Assembly: GCF_009914755.1 (NCBI RefSeq) | Contig: NC_060929.1 | Length of the DNA: 64,000 bases | From: the human T2T-CHM13v2.0 reference genome, Homo sapiens | Strand: one strand, 5' to 3' | Shown here: in pieces, positions 1 to 16,066 of the stretch | Position numbering within the stretch: the stretch's first letter is position 1 | Layout of the letters: each line of letters opens with the position of its first letter | Notes under the pieces: generated by a model | Told to the model about the DNA's origin: nothing | The model's database searches: none | Seen by the model: the letters and a program-made list of their open reading frames with translations, nothing else | Made by a program: the position numbers and the translations under genes

Positions 1-222
1 ATAAAATTATGCTAAACAAGATATGATATATAAACAAAAAGACTTTAATTTCTTAGGCTTCTTTTTATGGTGCACTTTGCCATTTAAAAATTAAATTTTT
101 TATGCTATAAATTCAGTAAGGTCATACATACGTAAAACTTTCTATAATAGTCTCGATTTTGAGATGGCTTGAGGGTCAGATGTAAGGAGATTTTACATAG
201 GTTAGACTGTGATTAGTAGACT

Positions 223-485
<263 letters not shown>

Positions 486-849
486 TAGAAAGCCAAAAAT
501 AAAGAGGTTATCATCTAATGGCACAAAGTTTTCTTATTTCATAAGCTTGCATTTTCTTTTCTTATTAAACACCGTCTCACCTTTCTTTTTCAGGAAACAC
601 TTTCTGAAAATGTCAGAACTCTTGAAAACATGGATGAGGAAAAGCATAAGTACTGCTTTATGCTTTTCTTATGAATTTTAAAAGATGTAATTTAAAGGTA
701 CTTTAAAGTGATATTTGTGCCCTTGTAACTGATTCAAAGTAGACTGCTAAGGACAATAAGTAATAAGAGTCTACAAATATCAGTAAATTATGAGAAAAAA
801 CGGTCTAATGGTACTTAAAATTGCATTGTGATTTATTAAATAACATTGA

Positions 850-1750
850 ACAGCTCCACCTGTAACATTAAGATTCCATTTGAGCATATAGAAAATATAT
901 TTATCGCAACCTGAAGTGATTTGGAAAGTATGCTGGGAAGAAAATATATTTACAAATTAGTCTCAGAGGGTAGGTATCCTGTAGCCAGATGGAATAAGAA
1001 GAGAGGGAAGGGAGATTTTGTTCAAAGGGGGAGCATAAGCTAAGGAATAAAGCCACAAACAATGATTAAATTAGGTAAAGTGCAATTAGCTGAATATTGC
1101 ATAAGCATACATATGGGAAGAAGTGGAAAAAGGAGTGACAATATGAAGCTAAAGGGTTTGAAGTGTTCAAGATAATACTAGGCTTCCTAGCCTATTCCGA
1201 GACATCTTGTTTTAGAGTGCAATAGATAAGAACTCTAAGGATGAAAGTAGGAGACATGCATTCTAGTCTACGTTTTGGTTAATGGACTGAAAGTGAAAGA
1301 TGGACTGAAATTGGGGGATGGAATAAAAATGTGATAGAATAGAAAATAGAAAAAGCAATTAGCCTAATGTCATTGATACTTAGAGAAAATATGGAAAATA
1401 GTAAATTAGTGATATATATCTTTTCTAATTCACCAGGGTGAGTGAACAAAGGAAATCGGATTTAAAAGTATTCATGACATAGATGCAATAAGGTTTCTCA
1501 GTCAGACATAGCAAATTGAGGGAAGGGAAGATTTAGAGGATTGGAAAATGTCTTGCTTGTAGACTAATAGGATATCAATAAGCCATATGAGCAATAATTT
1601 GAAATAGTTTTTGTAAAGTATCATGAAGGTAAACCCTGTTTAGAACAAATTAGATTTGAAGTACTTGTGACAAATGCAATTGACAATGCCTTTATGCAGC
1701 TGGAAAATTGTTGCTTAGCAGAAAAGCTTGTGCTGGACAAATAGATGTCC
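850..1750 (-). mobile_element. Highly decayed L2 (LINE-2) fragment, boundaries approximate
   Basis: GA-rich tract resembling antisense L2 ORF2/3' region. Recognised by pattern only. Confidence 0.4.
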
Positions 1751-2028
1751 AAATTGAATAGATGTTTTCTTAAGCTGAACTAATTGAGACAAATATCCTT
1801 ATTAAATCAAAAAATTAAAAATTGAAATAACTTACCTATGATAGGGTAAATAATGTTATTAATATACACAAGAAATATGTGATGTATATGTGTATGTACA
1901 TATGTATACATAGTAATAATACATAGTGCTATTTTTAAATGATATTTTACATAGTGCTTTTTTAAATGATTTTTCAATCATCGTTGTTGGTCTGTGTTAT
2001 TTTAATCATCAAAGCTGATTGATTTCTG

Positions 2029-2299
2029 TTTTTGTGTTTTTTTTTGTTTTTTTTGAGGTGGAGTCTCACTCTGTCACCCATGGTGGAGTACAGTAGTGCG
2101 GTCTTAGCTCACTACAAACTCCACTTCCCTGATTCAAGTAATTCTTGTGCCTCAGCCTCTCGAGTAGCTTGGATTGCAGGCATGCACCACCACGAGCTGC
2201 TAAATTTTTTGTATTTTTTGTAGAGGGGTTTTGCCATGTTGGCCAAGCTGGTCTCAAACTCCTGACCTCAAGTGATCCGCCCTGGCTTCCCAAGCCCAG
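2029..2299 (-). mobile_element. AluS/J with small deletion near its 5' end
   Basis: Antisense Alu body. The aagtgctgggattacaggcgtgagccacc segment is missing. TSD tgatt(t/c)ctgttt. Confidence 0.9.
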
Positions 2300-5200
2300 C
2301 TGATTCCTGTTTAAATAAAAACTTACAAAGATCTTCCCACAAGTACTTTATCTTACAATTTACTGAACAATAGAGGCAGTGAAGATGTTTTTCAGAAAGC
2401 AATTGTGATCCTGACATTTTCTTCTTATAATCCTGTGCTTTCCTCATTTTTTTATATTAAAAGTAATAGTTCTTGTGATGGCAACTAGGATTTGTAACAA
2501 CATGTACCCTCATTTCCTGCATGACCTTTTTTATGTCACTTCTTCACATGCAAAGTATACTCCCTCAGTGTCATTACATTATTTGATTTTTGCCCTTTCC
2601 CTCACCTTTCCATGTGTTTATTTGCCTATGCCCATCTCCTAGTCACATTTTATCTAGTTAACGCCAACTTGACTTTCAATGCTGTTCAAGATTTACCTCA
2701 ATCTCAAGTGTTTTCTCTTTATATTCCATACACGCTTAGCTTGGCTGCCAATCCTCTTGGCTGCCAAAGAATCCCAAATTATCTCTTTCAAAAATACAAG
2801 AAATAAAGGATGGAGGATAGGAAGGAGGGTGGTCAGGAAAGAACAAAGAAAGGAGGGGAGAGGAAAAAAAGAGAGAAAGAAAGAGAATTAAAGTTAAGGA
2901 GGAAGAATTTCACACTGAATTAAAATTGATAATATTCAGGAATGATTTTATAGTAGGCATACATTGATAAATATTAGTTAAATTAATGAATTATTCCAAA
3001 AGATCATGATTTGTAAAAATTACCCTGAAGCACTTTAGGAATATTACATTGAAATAGGTATGCAATTTCTAAAGAAACTGGACTGCAAAAATAGCCATTG
3101 TGTGTACCTGTGGACCAGAATATTATATTTTGCTTAAGTTTGAAGTGTTAAAGTGCCCAACGTGCTCTTATTTTAACCTAGCAAATTTTCAGCAGAACTT
3201 AAGCTCATATAGTATTTGATTTTTTCATTTCTCACAACTGTTGGAATTCTGTTTTATTGAAAATTATACAATAAAATGTTAAAAAATCTTTGTTCCTGCA
3301 GTTATGCAATCTTATGCCAAAGTCAATAAATTATTAAATTAAAATCAAACCCACTAAGCCTAACAATTTGAGAAAATGATTATTAAAACATATACCATTT
3401 AGAAGGGCAATGCCTTTTTAATATTATAGTGAAGACAACCCTATCAATTATTTAATACACCAAGAATACAAGGATATAAAATCTTTTTCTCTCATATATC
3501 ACATTATCTGATGTATTTAGCTGTGATGACATTCCAGAAAACATCACTTTTTAAAATTTCTAAGATTTTATTATGTTGCTAGCAAATCAATTTTTTTCAA
3601 GTACTGTAACAAAATCCCTAAATGGGCTTTATGAGAACTATTTTCAGTGTGATATTAATCATATTTTATTTATCATCCATACATAGATGGTAGCTTATCT
3701 GGTATTCCTAGTGTTTGAAGTGAAGAGTAACACACACACACATCCCAATACCAATTTAATTGATAAATATATAATCATTTGTTTTCAAATATTTATGTTG
3801 ATACTTGCTTGTGTACTTACTTGTAATGTAGGTCTGTAAAAGGGACTGTTTTCTTTCTGTGAAACTGAAGCTTAAAGCAGTGCTTGTCACAAATTCAAAA
3901 TCACCTTGCTTTGTCAACATTTTCAGATGTTTTTGGCTCAGTCTGATGACAGCATCAGTGCAGTAAAGGGATCTTATTGAAATGTTTTAACTAAAGATAA
4001 AATGCCACCACTAGGAGAAAAATAAAATCAAGGAAATAAACAGAAAATCAATAAATGTGAAATGTATTATAAATTTATATAATAACAATGTTGTATGCTA
4101 TAAACATCTCACTTTGTAAAATTAACAAGAATTCAGTGAGGCAGATCATTTTCTATGTGTTCAGAAGTCAAGTCTTTGATGGCTAATTTTTATATTACTT
4201 CATTACAATATCTCTACTGAAGCAAAATAATTGCAAATCTTTTTGAATGAAATCAATTTATCTTTAATTTTAGATAATATTTGGTATAGTTGGCATAGTT
4301 TTGTCACAAAGCATAGCTAACATCAATGTAGCCTTACGACTTCAAATGTCTTTATAGATCTTTTCTGAAATTGCAAAATTTTACTTTGAAATTATTGTTA
4401 ATATTTACGTTGCACAACCACAAATGTAGAAATAAAATTATAAAGTCTCCAGATAATGTTTTATTTTAACCACACATATGTTGTGATAGTTTCAAATAAA
4501 TGAAAGCTCTACTGATTTATCATTTTCAACATCTTTACATTATTTAAGTAATATTAATTATATTTATGTAAAAATACCTGAATAGTCATAACGAAAATTT
4601 AATAATAATGTATAATATATTGTTAACATCTTTTATTTTCACAAAAACACCAAGGAAGAAGCAGTGAGTATTTTTTATTTATTTTAAAAATTAACTTTTC
4701 AATAAATTATTTAGGAATGACTGGAAATGTGCTGAGACAAAGAAGCAGTTGTCACTGTACACAAACATGAAATCAATTACCTTTTGGAGAGTTTATGATG
4801 TGTGAGAGCTAGTGAAGTTACATTGCAGAAGAGCATATAAGGAAATCCAGATCTGTATATATTGTAGTATAGTTTTAGTATAAATCTCTAAGATTACACT
4901 TTAGACTAAGCCACATAGTCAAACTGTTGTCTATTTATTCCTTTTGAAGATTGAAACTCCCACAACTTTGGCAGACCAACTCCTCAGAAAACATTATTCT
5001 TTGACATCAATATGTTTTGCACAAAATTGAATGGCAAGTGAAAGGCATCAAATGGTGAGAATCTAGAAAATAGTGCATGTACGGGAAGGCTTTGCTCAAT
5101 ACAAATCACTTGCATGGGACAGTCTTCTTTAGTGAGTTTATTATATACGGGAACAGAGAGGTAATATGAAATGGAATATGGAATATGGCACTAGCAAGCA

Positions 5201-5859
5201 CAAATATTCAAATATGTGGAGGAACAACTGGATGTGATAAAACACTATAAAAAAATAGAGAGAAAAATGACAGTAGGAAAAAGACTGTATATATTTTTTG
5301 AGAATAAAAGATAGTTTCATTTCATTGGTGGACATGAGATGAGTTGATGCAGCATGCAGGTGGATACCATTTTTTTCAAAGAAAATATGAACAGAGTCTC
5401 AAATAAATAACAAATGTTTATATGTGGGTTTCAAGGACAGAGAATAATAAAATAACCAAATATACATAATGTTCCAGTAAAATGATCCATCAGGGCTTAC
5501 AGAAAGCGTAACTAGAGAGAGACATTAACTTGCAGATGATTTGTTTCTGGCTAATGTTGTGACAGGAGTGTAGCATTTCCTTTCTTCTCAGTTTCCTATC
5601 TCACTTACCTTTTGAAAAGACATGATTCCATATTATATTTATTCTGTTTCTCTCTTTCTTTATTCATTTACCCTACTTTACTGAAAAATCTCAAACATCA
5701 TAGAAACATGCATGTCTTGGTTCTCCAAGTTTGAAAGGAAAATAATGTAGAAAGCTCTGTTTTTTTTGCCCTGGCATTTATATACTCTCCAATCTCACTA
5801 CTCCCATATCACTCTTCTACCTCTCTTAGAGCAAAATTGCCTCTTAAAAAAGGACATTG

Positions 5860-5972
5860 CACCCAGCATGGTGGCTCATGCCTGTAATCCCACAACTTTG
5901 GGAAATTGCGCCAGTGCACTCCAGTCTGGGAGACAGAGCGAGACTCCATCTAAAAAAAAAAAAAAAAAAAAA
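5860..5972 (+). mobile_element. Alu with large internal deletion (head fused to tail)
   Basis: ggtggctcatgcctgtaatccc...tttggga joined to attgcgccagtgcactccag...polyA. TSD aaaaag(g/t)acattgc. Confidence 0.88.
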
Positions 5973-8719
5973 AGTACATTGCTGATTCCATTTCAGCATC
6001 ACTCAATTACCATTCTCTAACTGTCTCTGATTTGTCTTTACCAAAAGCCACATCTGGCATAATTGGCAAAAGACTTTTTTTTTTTCCCCACCATTCCAAT
6101 GAACACAAAAATGACATTCTCAACATCAAATCAAATGATCACATTTTTATTCATATTTTACTCCAACTGAAATGAAGGATATAACTAATTTGTCCATTTT
6201 TCTTTAAGCACATATCTGTATTCATTTTGATAACCCAGCACTCTTGATTGTTCCCTTACTGAATGTTTGTCTCTTAGTATCCTTTGCCCATTCTACTCCT
6301 TTAAAAAAACTGTTGCAGTAACCAAAGAGTTATTTTTGATTCCACTTCTTTGTCAAACTAAAGTCAGCTCTTTGAGGCTTCTGGATTTTGATATTAAATA
6401 TGTGTTTAGCAGTTCAAATTTTATATATGTATATTCTAGCTCAGATCCAGAAATCTATTTCCTTCTTATCATTCTCACTTGGATTCCTCAAGCAATTTAA
6501 CATGCTCTAAATATTTCTTCCATGTTTATTTAGGTTTCAACTCTACATACAGAATAGACTAATTTAATAATTTTATACAATCCTTGGCCTTTTACTTTAT
6601 ATGATCTTCTACATCCAATAGAAGGTTGTTCAGTTAAACCTTAAAAACCTATCGCACACTTTTTAATTCTCTGAATTTTCATCAACACCACGGTAGAAAC
6701 CTCCTCAATACAGAGTTTTGTAATAATTGCTCTTTAAATTCCCACCATGATATGTTACTATATATTCTGCTCAGAATGAAAAGGTTCACTATAAAACATG
6801 GTTTAAAAAAACAAACATTGATTTCTCTGCTTCAGGAGTTTCCTTTCCTATGGTAGATGAAACTAGGTACAATAATTTGTTGTTTGTTTTGGAGAGCTGT
6901 CAAGGCATGCTCCATGGCCTCTGAAACTAGGTAGATTGTATCACATACACTCCAGACCAACATACTTGCTACTTTCTGATTTGATTGGATTAACACGATG
7001 TCAACAATATAGTGGAACAATGTGATATTCTTGTCAGGTACAGTCTCTTTGGACTATGTCAGACAAATGGCATGAGAGTTAACATAGTCCTCGAGCTAAT
7101 TCATAAATGTATATTGTTACCATTTTACATAAATGTAATCGTTGATGCCCTTATTTTCTCAGAGGGGTGGGGGAAAATTGCTATTCCCACATTAATGTCT
7201 GTATGTTAGTGAATCTGAGTGAGTGCCAATCTACTTGAGCAAATAAACATCTGGAATAGCAGCTGTAATTGGATCTATGATTTTCTTGAATTTGCATTCA
7301 TTTACTTTTATTCTCCAGAGTGCTTTTGTAAGGGTCACACTGGTAAATCAAAAAGAGGATGTAATGAGGGAATATCACCTGTGTCATTTTTTCAAGAATA
7401 TCCAATCTCATATTTTCCCCTGCCACACAATACTATATTACTTTTGACACAATATGTTGAGTAGGAAGCAGCACTTATTGATAATTCTACTTGCCCTTCT
7501 TCACTACTGCAGATCTCACCCTACTAACCAAGGAACAAATATGAACATTTTTTTCAGCTGACAGAATATAATGTTTATTCCAATTATACATTTGTGAAAA
7601 AGGGAAGTGAAAATAAGTCTTTTGAGCCAGTGGACCCATTGTAAGCCCAAACTATGCTAGGACATTATTTATTACTTGAAGTCTCATTAGCTGCATTCTT
7701 AAAGGTGGATCTCTTTGTATCAATCCTCAAAATATCAGGGTATTAAAACAATAAAAGTTAATACTTATTCTTTGTATATTTCTACTGCTGGTCCTCAAGG
7801 GGCTCTGCTCATTGTAATCAAATAGGCACCAAAGGTGCAGCAGTCCCCAGCATCTTTCCCTGTAGCCTTTGTGGTATTGGGTATCAGTGTTTGTCACGAC
7901 GAAGGAGGACAACTTAGAGAATTGTGCCCCTGCTGTTAGACGGAGTCTGACAAAATCCAGACACATAACTGTTTTATGAGTAAATTGCCAATGCCAATCA
8001 CATGATCTAAAATTAATATGGTGGGTACCAAAGGAGAGGCAGACTATGTGTGTTAGTGAGATCTGATAGTGTCTGCCACAACACTTAATAATTTTTGGAG
8101 AATTTTACCATGGGCTTGACATTTGAATATTCAATTTAAACTACTTATTTATGAAATAGTTATAGGAATAATTAGGAACTTTATGGCAACTCTATGTTTT
8201 AATTAACTTTCTAAGTGGTGAAAGAGTGAATTATTCATAAATTACTTCTGGAAACAGGACTCTTCTAAAAAGCATGTAAGGGAACTTGAAGCAGCATCTC
8301 AATTTGTGCAATATGATAAAGAAAAAAAACTGTGGGATCCAGAAAACAATACACAATTACTTTTATTTATGGCTACCAGAACTTCAGGAAACCGACTAAT
8401 GTTTGTGCACATAATGTTTTTATTATGGATCTATCTGGGGCATATTGAACATACAGTGCCCTCAAAAATGGTCAGTTTTACTCATGCCCAATCCCATATA
8501 TTTTTTAGGGTAATTTTTCTGGTCCAGTTAAGTTAGACCAGGACATTTTCACTTGACAAATCTGAGTAAACTTCTCTGGAAAAAATTGTTTTTGACCATT
8601 CGCCTAGAATGAATCTCTGGGTAAGGAAGATGCATATAGTCGTATAATTTACTGTAGTTATTTTGACACCTTTTCTTAACGACACACCACAGATTTATTG
8701 CTGGATATTTTTTTCCTTC

Positions 8720-9426
<707 letters not shown>

Positions 9427-9929
9427 CCTTCTTAAGCTTACAACTGCAAATAAGTCTCTGCCTAACATAGCATCTCTGCTATACAGCCGGGAATGTACTC
9501 CTACTCAATGGGATGGCTACACAATGAAATCAATGAGTGACTGCACTTAAAAAATGCCCATTACAATATGAGCTATGTCTTCCTGAAGGTGGCCTTTTAA
9601 TGTCAAATGAGATAATGTATGTAAAAATGTTTTATAAATTTTAAAATGTGATAAATATTATTTTGTGTGGATGATAAATGTAGCTATGGGTTCTATTGAC
9701 TGAAAGATAAGCACTGCTCCTTCATGAATCAAACCATTAATTCCTGATGGTGTTTAATTATTATCGAACATATTTTTCTTCACAGGAGCTGTCATTTAAA
9801 TGTGCTTGCCAACTAGCTTGTTTATCAAAACATTCCAGACCCTTTCAAATTCTCATTTACATTGTTTCTTGTTTACCACACCCATAAATTTGTATTACCA
9901 GCATATTTAACTATCCGGCTATTTTGGAG

Positions 9930-10260
9930 ATTGAAAAAAGAAGACCTGATTTATCATGTGCAATATCTCACACATCTGTCATTTCTATTCTACCGCAATT
10001 CGGTGAGTTCAGCCTCTTTTTACTTCATGTTTGAATAATCGCAATAGATTTTATACTGTTCTCACTGCTAAACTTGCTCCTCCTATTACCCTACAGACAC
10101 TCATATTCATCTTGCATAATACCACCAGATTATTCTTTGTCCATCTATTTTCCTAGATATTTGTCCTCCACTTTCCTGTCTTTTTTTCTGCACTTCATTC
10201 TACCCATCTTAGTGAATAGACATCTTTTCAACTCTCTCAGGCTATATATACATCAATTTT
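9930..10260 (+). mobile_element. L2 fragment, boundaries approximate
   Basis: Pyrimidine-rich tract (gagttcagcctc...ttgaataatcgcaatag) resembling L2 3' region. Confidence 0.45.
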
Positions 10261-11586
10261 TCAAAATCCAAGTAAAACTTCACGTCCTTGAGAGAATTTT
10301 AGAGAGCGTGTAATACCTACATTTTTTTTACCATTTATTAGGAATATATCTCAGCCCCAGTTATGTGATTATTACATATTATAGTATATTAATGTTTGCA
10401 AACTCCTTGTAAAATCATACACACCCCATACTGCTATATTCATTTCAATAGCAAAACAGTTTCTTTTCAATTTTGTAATAAATATATTAAGATCCTGTCC
10501 TCCTCCAGGCCAATTTTCTTCCCCTATATTTAAAGTGCTCTGATGGAGGTAACTTATTAATAATTTGAGCCTAAAACAGCTTTTCAAATATGCATTTCAT
10601 TTTTGCACACCAAGCTGGTGTGTGCCTGCAGGCGCTATTTCTATTAAGTGAACAGCTGGATATTGTGTAGTGGATTGACCAGGTGTTTGAGTGAACTCAT
10701 TAGTCACCATATAGAAGCAACTTAAAAGAATGAGTCACAGTGATAGTCATCTCACTTTGGGAAAAGGAAAAGAAATAAATAAAAATGTTTCATATCTATC
10801 AGACAGCCACAAAGCACAGTCCCTATCAACAGGAGCAAATTCAAATAAAAATGGCCCCACCATACATATTTTATTTGATTTACATCTAGCACTGAAGATA
10901 TACTTTATGAATTTTTCCTTTATTCTGACAGTCATAAAATAAACGGAGGTGAATCATATAACTTTTGAATATCTACATAGCCAGAGATAAACTCTGCATA
11001 TTAAATATCTTCCAATATTACATCTACCAAAAAACATAGCAGAGGTCATATTTATGTTGCAACTGAGAAAACACTCAAATTATTTAAAGAGAAAATTTAA
11101 ATACTTTACTAAAATTCACATTAAATTCTGAATTTTACATGGGTTTATGTGGCTCTACCATTCATACTGTTGAACTTCTGAGTTATTAATATTTACAAAT
11201 AACCCATGTTCTTTCAAATGATTCCAATGCTTACAGAAACACATATAAAAGTACATACAATGAAATAAAACTGTGGCAATATAGAAAAATAAAAACTATA
11301 ATATGACAACGCAATGAAGCCAGAGTTAATGTGAGCACATGAAATGAAATCCTAACATTTTCTCTTCAGCTTTGTCTCTGTGTCTTACTATGCTAATGTA
11401 GGTAATAAGCAGTATTGATAGCTGGAAGAAGTAAATTAGCACATGAAAAGAACCTTGATTATTATTTGTGCAATTCCTAGAGTCCACTGATACTTACCAA
11501 CTCTTAAAGCTTAGATCTAGGGTATCCAAACACTGCTTCCTTTCCAAGAAGGAAACATACAAAAAAACTAAGGCACCATGCTCTAA

Positions 11587-11886
<300 letters not shown>

Positions 11887-12236
11887 AGCATCCTCTAATT
11901 ATTATTCATAGTTTGTGAATTTAGGCCTACATGAATAATAATATAATATTTACTATGATGTTACTATCTACCAACCTTATTTTTCTTTTCTATAAAATAG
12001 GAGCCAAAATAATATTTATGTCATACCTTATGAAGTTAAAATAAAATATAACGAATGAGGGGCTTAACAATGAGTGTCATTTTGTAATTACTTTGTACCA
12101 TTATTAATTGCTGAGACAGAATATGGTATCACTAGTCATCTGTATCTATTGCACAACTTTATTTTGATTCATTCCTTACTATTTTGCATAGATAGGCCTA
12201 AATTTTTGATCCACTGCTCAACTCCTGTCTTTAAAC

Positions 12237-12381
12237 CATTGGTTCTCAAATAGAGTTGATTTTGACACCTAGGGAACATTTGACAACATATGGAGATATT
12301 GTTGATTTTACAGGGCAACCCTTCATAAGCACAGAATTATCTGGCCCCAAATGTCGACAGTGTCAAGTTCGAGAAACTCTG
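12237..12381. mobile_element. MER20 (hAT-Charlie MITE), internally deleted
   Basis: Termini cattggttctcaa ... ttcgagaaactctg. Internal ggaacatttgacaa and agaattatctggccccaaatgtc match MER20. Confidence 0.8.
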
Positions 12382-15300
12382 CACTAGGCTTTTCTGTCTG
12401 GTTACTCACCCCTCTTCTTTGCACTGCCCCCAGTTTTATGGATATTGAATTCCTGATTTCTCACTATATTAATTGCACTTATAGATATTCTAAATTGATT
12501 TGTATATATCTTCCTAGTTTGACCCATTGCTTTTAACTGAATTTTACTGGGCTTTTATAAAGGCCATTTCCATGGAGTTTAGTAATTATCTTCACCAAAT
12601 TTTTATTTGCTTCAGTCTGGGGAGGAACTCTATATTAAAAAATAAAAACAAACCCAAAAACTAATTTATGAAAGACATTTTATAATGTAATTACTTAAAC
12701 ATTTTTTTTCTTCTTTCTCATACGATCTTTTAAATTCAGTGAGTGACATGTGGTTTTCAGGCTGGGTCAGGAAGTTTGCTTGGACGGGGAAATTCTGTCT
12801 GCTGAGACACTAGGGGAGCAAATGCCTATGTGGGCACAGGCTGGTCACTGACCTCCTAGGGTTCCCTGACAATAAATTAGTCCTAGTTGAGGTCGCCATC
12901 ATCAGAACTTAATTGGTCCCTGGTACTGGTGAATCTCTGCACCACAGAGACTAATCAGTTACAGAACTCAGCTTCTGGGCATAGGCAACCTTTTCTGTTT
13001 TTTCAATTTTTTGTCAGCAAAGTTGAGAAAATGAACACACTCAAACAGCCCATTTCTTAGCTTATCAATATCCGTACCCACTTCTTTCCCTCATCAACAT
13101 GTATTTTCCATATTTTGTTGGTATTAACCTCTGACACTCATCCACACAAGAAAGTCTACAAAGCCTAAACTAACTTTTAAACATTATTTAAGGTAATAGC
13201 TTTGTCTTCCACCAGAAACCTGGCGACATTTTTAAAAGGATTTGAAGAGATATATACCCGAGGGACAGAGAGAAAAATTAGTGCTGACCAGTCTGGGCCT
13301 ACTTGACTAACACAAAATAGATTAAATTAATAAAAACAAGATGTTCTGCATTTATAAACATGTTAACTCTTTTTAATGTGTATGACTCATTAATGAGTTC
13401 ATAATTAGATTTTGAAGGATTTCATTCTGGACCTTGCAGATTGTATGTATCTTTCTGGTAAATTAGGAAGTATAATTTTTCAATAAAAAAGCTCACTGGA
13501 AACCCCTGTAACAAGTAATAAATATTTAAAATTTGCAGAAATGTTTACTTATTCAATAAATACTGACTCCACATTAAGAAATGCTAGAGATAAAGCATTT
13601 CTAAAGGCAAATTCTACTGTTTCCTGGTTTTACATTCTAGATTTTAAGACAAAGATGGCTGCCTTGAAATTTTAGTTATGTGAAAGAAATTTCGTAATGA
13701 TATAACTTTTTCTTACTCTGACTCTGTGAGACTTTTGTTTATATTTTATGAAACTATTTCTATAGCACATGTTATATAAATATATTTGAGAAATCATTTT
13801 TAGCTTTCAGAAATTAGTTTGCTTAATACATTTTAATTTTAATAAAGCTCCATTCCTCTAGTCCTTTCATATCTGGAATATATTTCCTATACAATATCTT
13901 CTATATTATTTAATACTGCTGTTTTTTAAAAGAGAAATTGAAACCTTTTACTCATATATACCAGACTTCCAAAACTGTCTTGGTTTGAAAATCAGTTCTC
14001 CAAAATACTTTCTCTAACTTAACTTTATATCTTAGGTGCAAATACAATCCTGATAAATACTATAGTCAGGCATTTTAAAAACTTTATGTTTCCCATATAC
14101 TCAGCAGAGTATCATCTTCTTGCCCTTTCCCTCACTATGGTATCCTTCAAGAACTTATTAGCTCAAATTCCAAATCCTCAATGAAACAATCATCTATCAA
14201 TTTCATAATTCACTGTTTTATTCAATAAATATTTAGTGAATGATTTCTGTGTGTCAGGAGTGTATTGGGAGCTTGGGGACAAAGTGGTGGGCTAGATAGG
14301 CATCTTTCTTCCTTCATAGAGTGTATATTTTAACCATAGTAGTCAAAATAATGACTTGGTAAAATCTAAATACTATGATAAAAGGAAAAATATTTCTGGA
14401 TACAAATGGTCAAGAACTAAGGCACAGTTCATTGACTTTGTCCAGTTTGGGGGACCATCATTTATATAGAGTACTTTATTTTCTTAAATTAAGTATGAAA
14501 GACTGTTAAATTATTTGTTTTAATAAGGAATCCATCTAAATCATACTTTCATGCATGAAGGGAGAGAATGGTAAATGTAGTTTCTTCTCTGGCTTAACAA
14601 AAGGCTTCATAGGTATTATTAAAGTGTTCATAAAAATATAAAATATATTTTAAATGTTAACATGGCAACTATTTAGTTCGGAAAAAGAATAAAATAGATG
14701 GGAACACTTTCAAGGATTAAAGATTGTATTTTAGAGGACATAGTAACAATGTTTGTAGAGCATTGGCCTTAAAATACATGTTCATTAAACACTAACTTGA
14801 AGAGGATTATACATTTCCATATGTCTTCACATTTAAAAGGCAAATAAGATTGATGCTTTTGTTAATATTCTCAATTCACCACTTTATCAAAACTAGTTCC
14901 TTGACACAGAATGGTGTCTGCATTTCCATAGCCATAAGAGAGAATTAAACATTTTCTCCATTTTTAGCTTTCTCTTTCTGTCTTCTTTTCCCCTTTGGCT
15001 TTAGAAAGCCAAAGGCCTAGAGTTTTATTTGTTAGCTATGAAAGAAAACCCTGACCATAAGAGCTTAATACTAACAATACAAAACCAGAAAAGGGCAGAG
15101 AGGAATTTCTAACAAATGAGATATGAGGCATACCATGGTTTGCTTCTATGACTTAGACATATTTCCATATATTTTCCAAGGTCATTTTGTGCTATTATAT
15201 TTTGGTCACACAGGCAAATGTTAACAAACATAAATTATGGGCATTAGAAATTATTTACTCACATGTTCATTTAGTTCAGCAATTTGGAAAATTCATTTTT

Positions 15301-15916
15301 ATTTTGTGTAGAAATGAAATACAAGCTTTTACTTCTCTGACTTGCCTATTCCTGTTGATAAGCAGGGTTGTATAATGTTCATAATTACTGTTTGCCACTA
15401 TGTTGGCTATTTCATAGTAGTTGTTCTGAAAGTCCACAAGGAAACAATATTTTACATAGTTACGTACCCTATAATATCATCTTATGTTATTAAGGTGAAA
15501 GTTATCATAGACAATAAAGTTTTTTGTAAATATTATAAAATTTATAGTGAATGTATGAAGTGCTCATTTTATATAATGCAATATGACCTGAATTTCTGAT
15601 ATAATGGTAGAAGACAAAAATGTTTAAATAAGCTAAATCTCCTCTGAATATATTTCTACATTTGAAATATTACTTTGCTCTTAATACAATAGCAAAATTC
15701 AAGTCCTGCTATTTTGTATCTCAGATTTCAAATGTACTTCCATCTTTTAACTATATTCTGCATTCATTAACGATTTAATTTTATCAGAGTATTTTTAATC
15801 ATAAAAATTAAATAATATATGATATTTTCCTTAAAATGAGGTAATTAATAAATAGTTCAACTTAATACAATTGTAGAATTTGTATTTTCAAGTTGAGTAA
15901 AAAGCATAATCATGTC

Positions 15917-16066
15917 CCTATATATATGTGTGTATGTGTCTGTGTATGTGTGTACATATATATACACATACATATATGTGTACATATATACACATATACA
16001 CACAGTATAAATATACACACATTCATGCATACATATACACCTGTGTGTGTGTGTATATGTATATAT
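15917..16066. repeat. Compound (TA)/(TG)/(CA) low-complexity microsatellite
   Basis: Seen directly in sequence. Confidence 0.9.

Noticed and set aside
6836-6866. Possible 31-nt exon ttcag|GAGTTTCC...ACTAG|gtacaa
   Set aside because: Weak donor, length not a multiple of three, and no partner exons or recognisable peptide.
12805-12822. CTCF-like motif gacactaggggagca
   Set aside because: Several mismatches to the core CTCF consensus.
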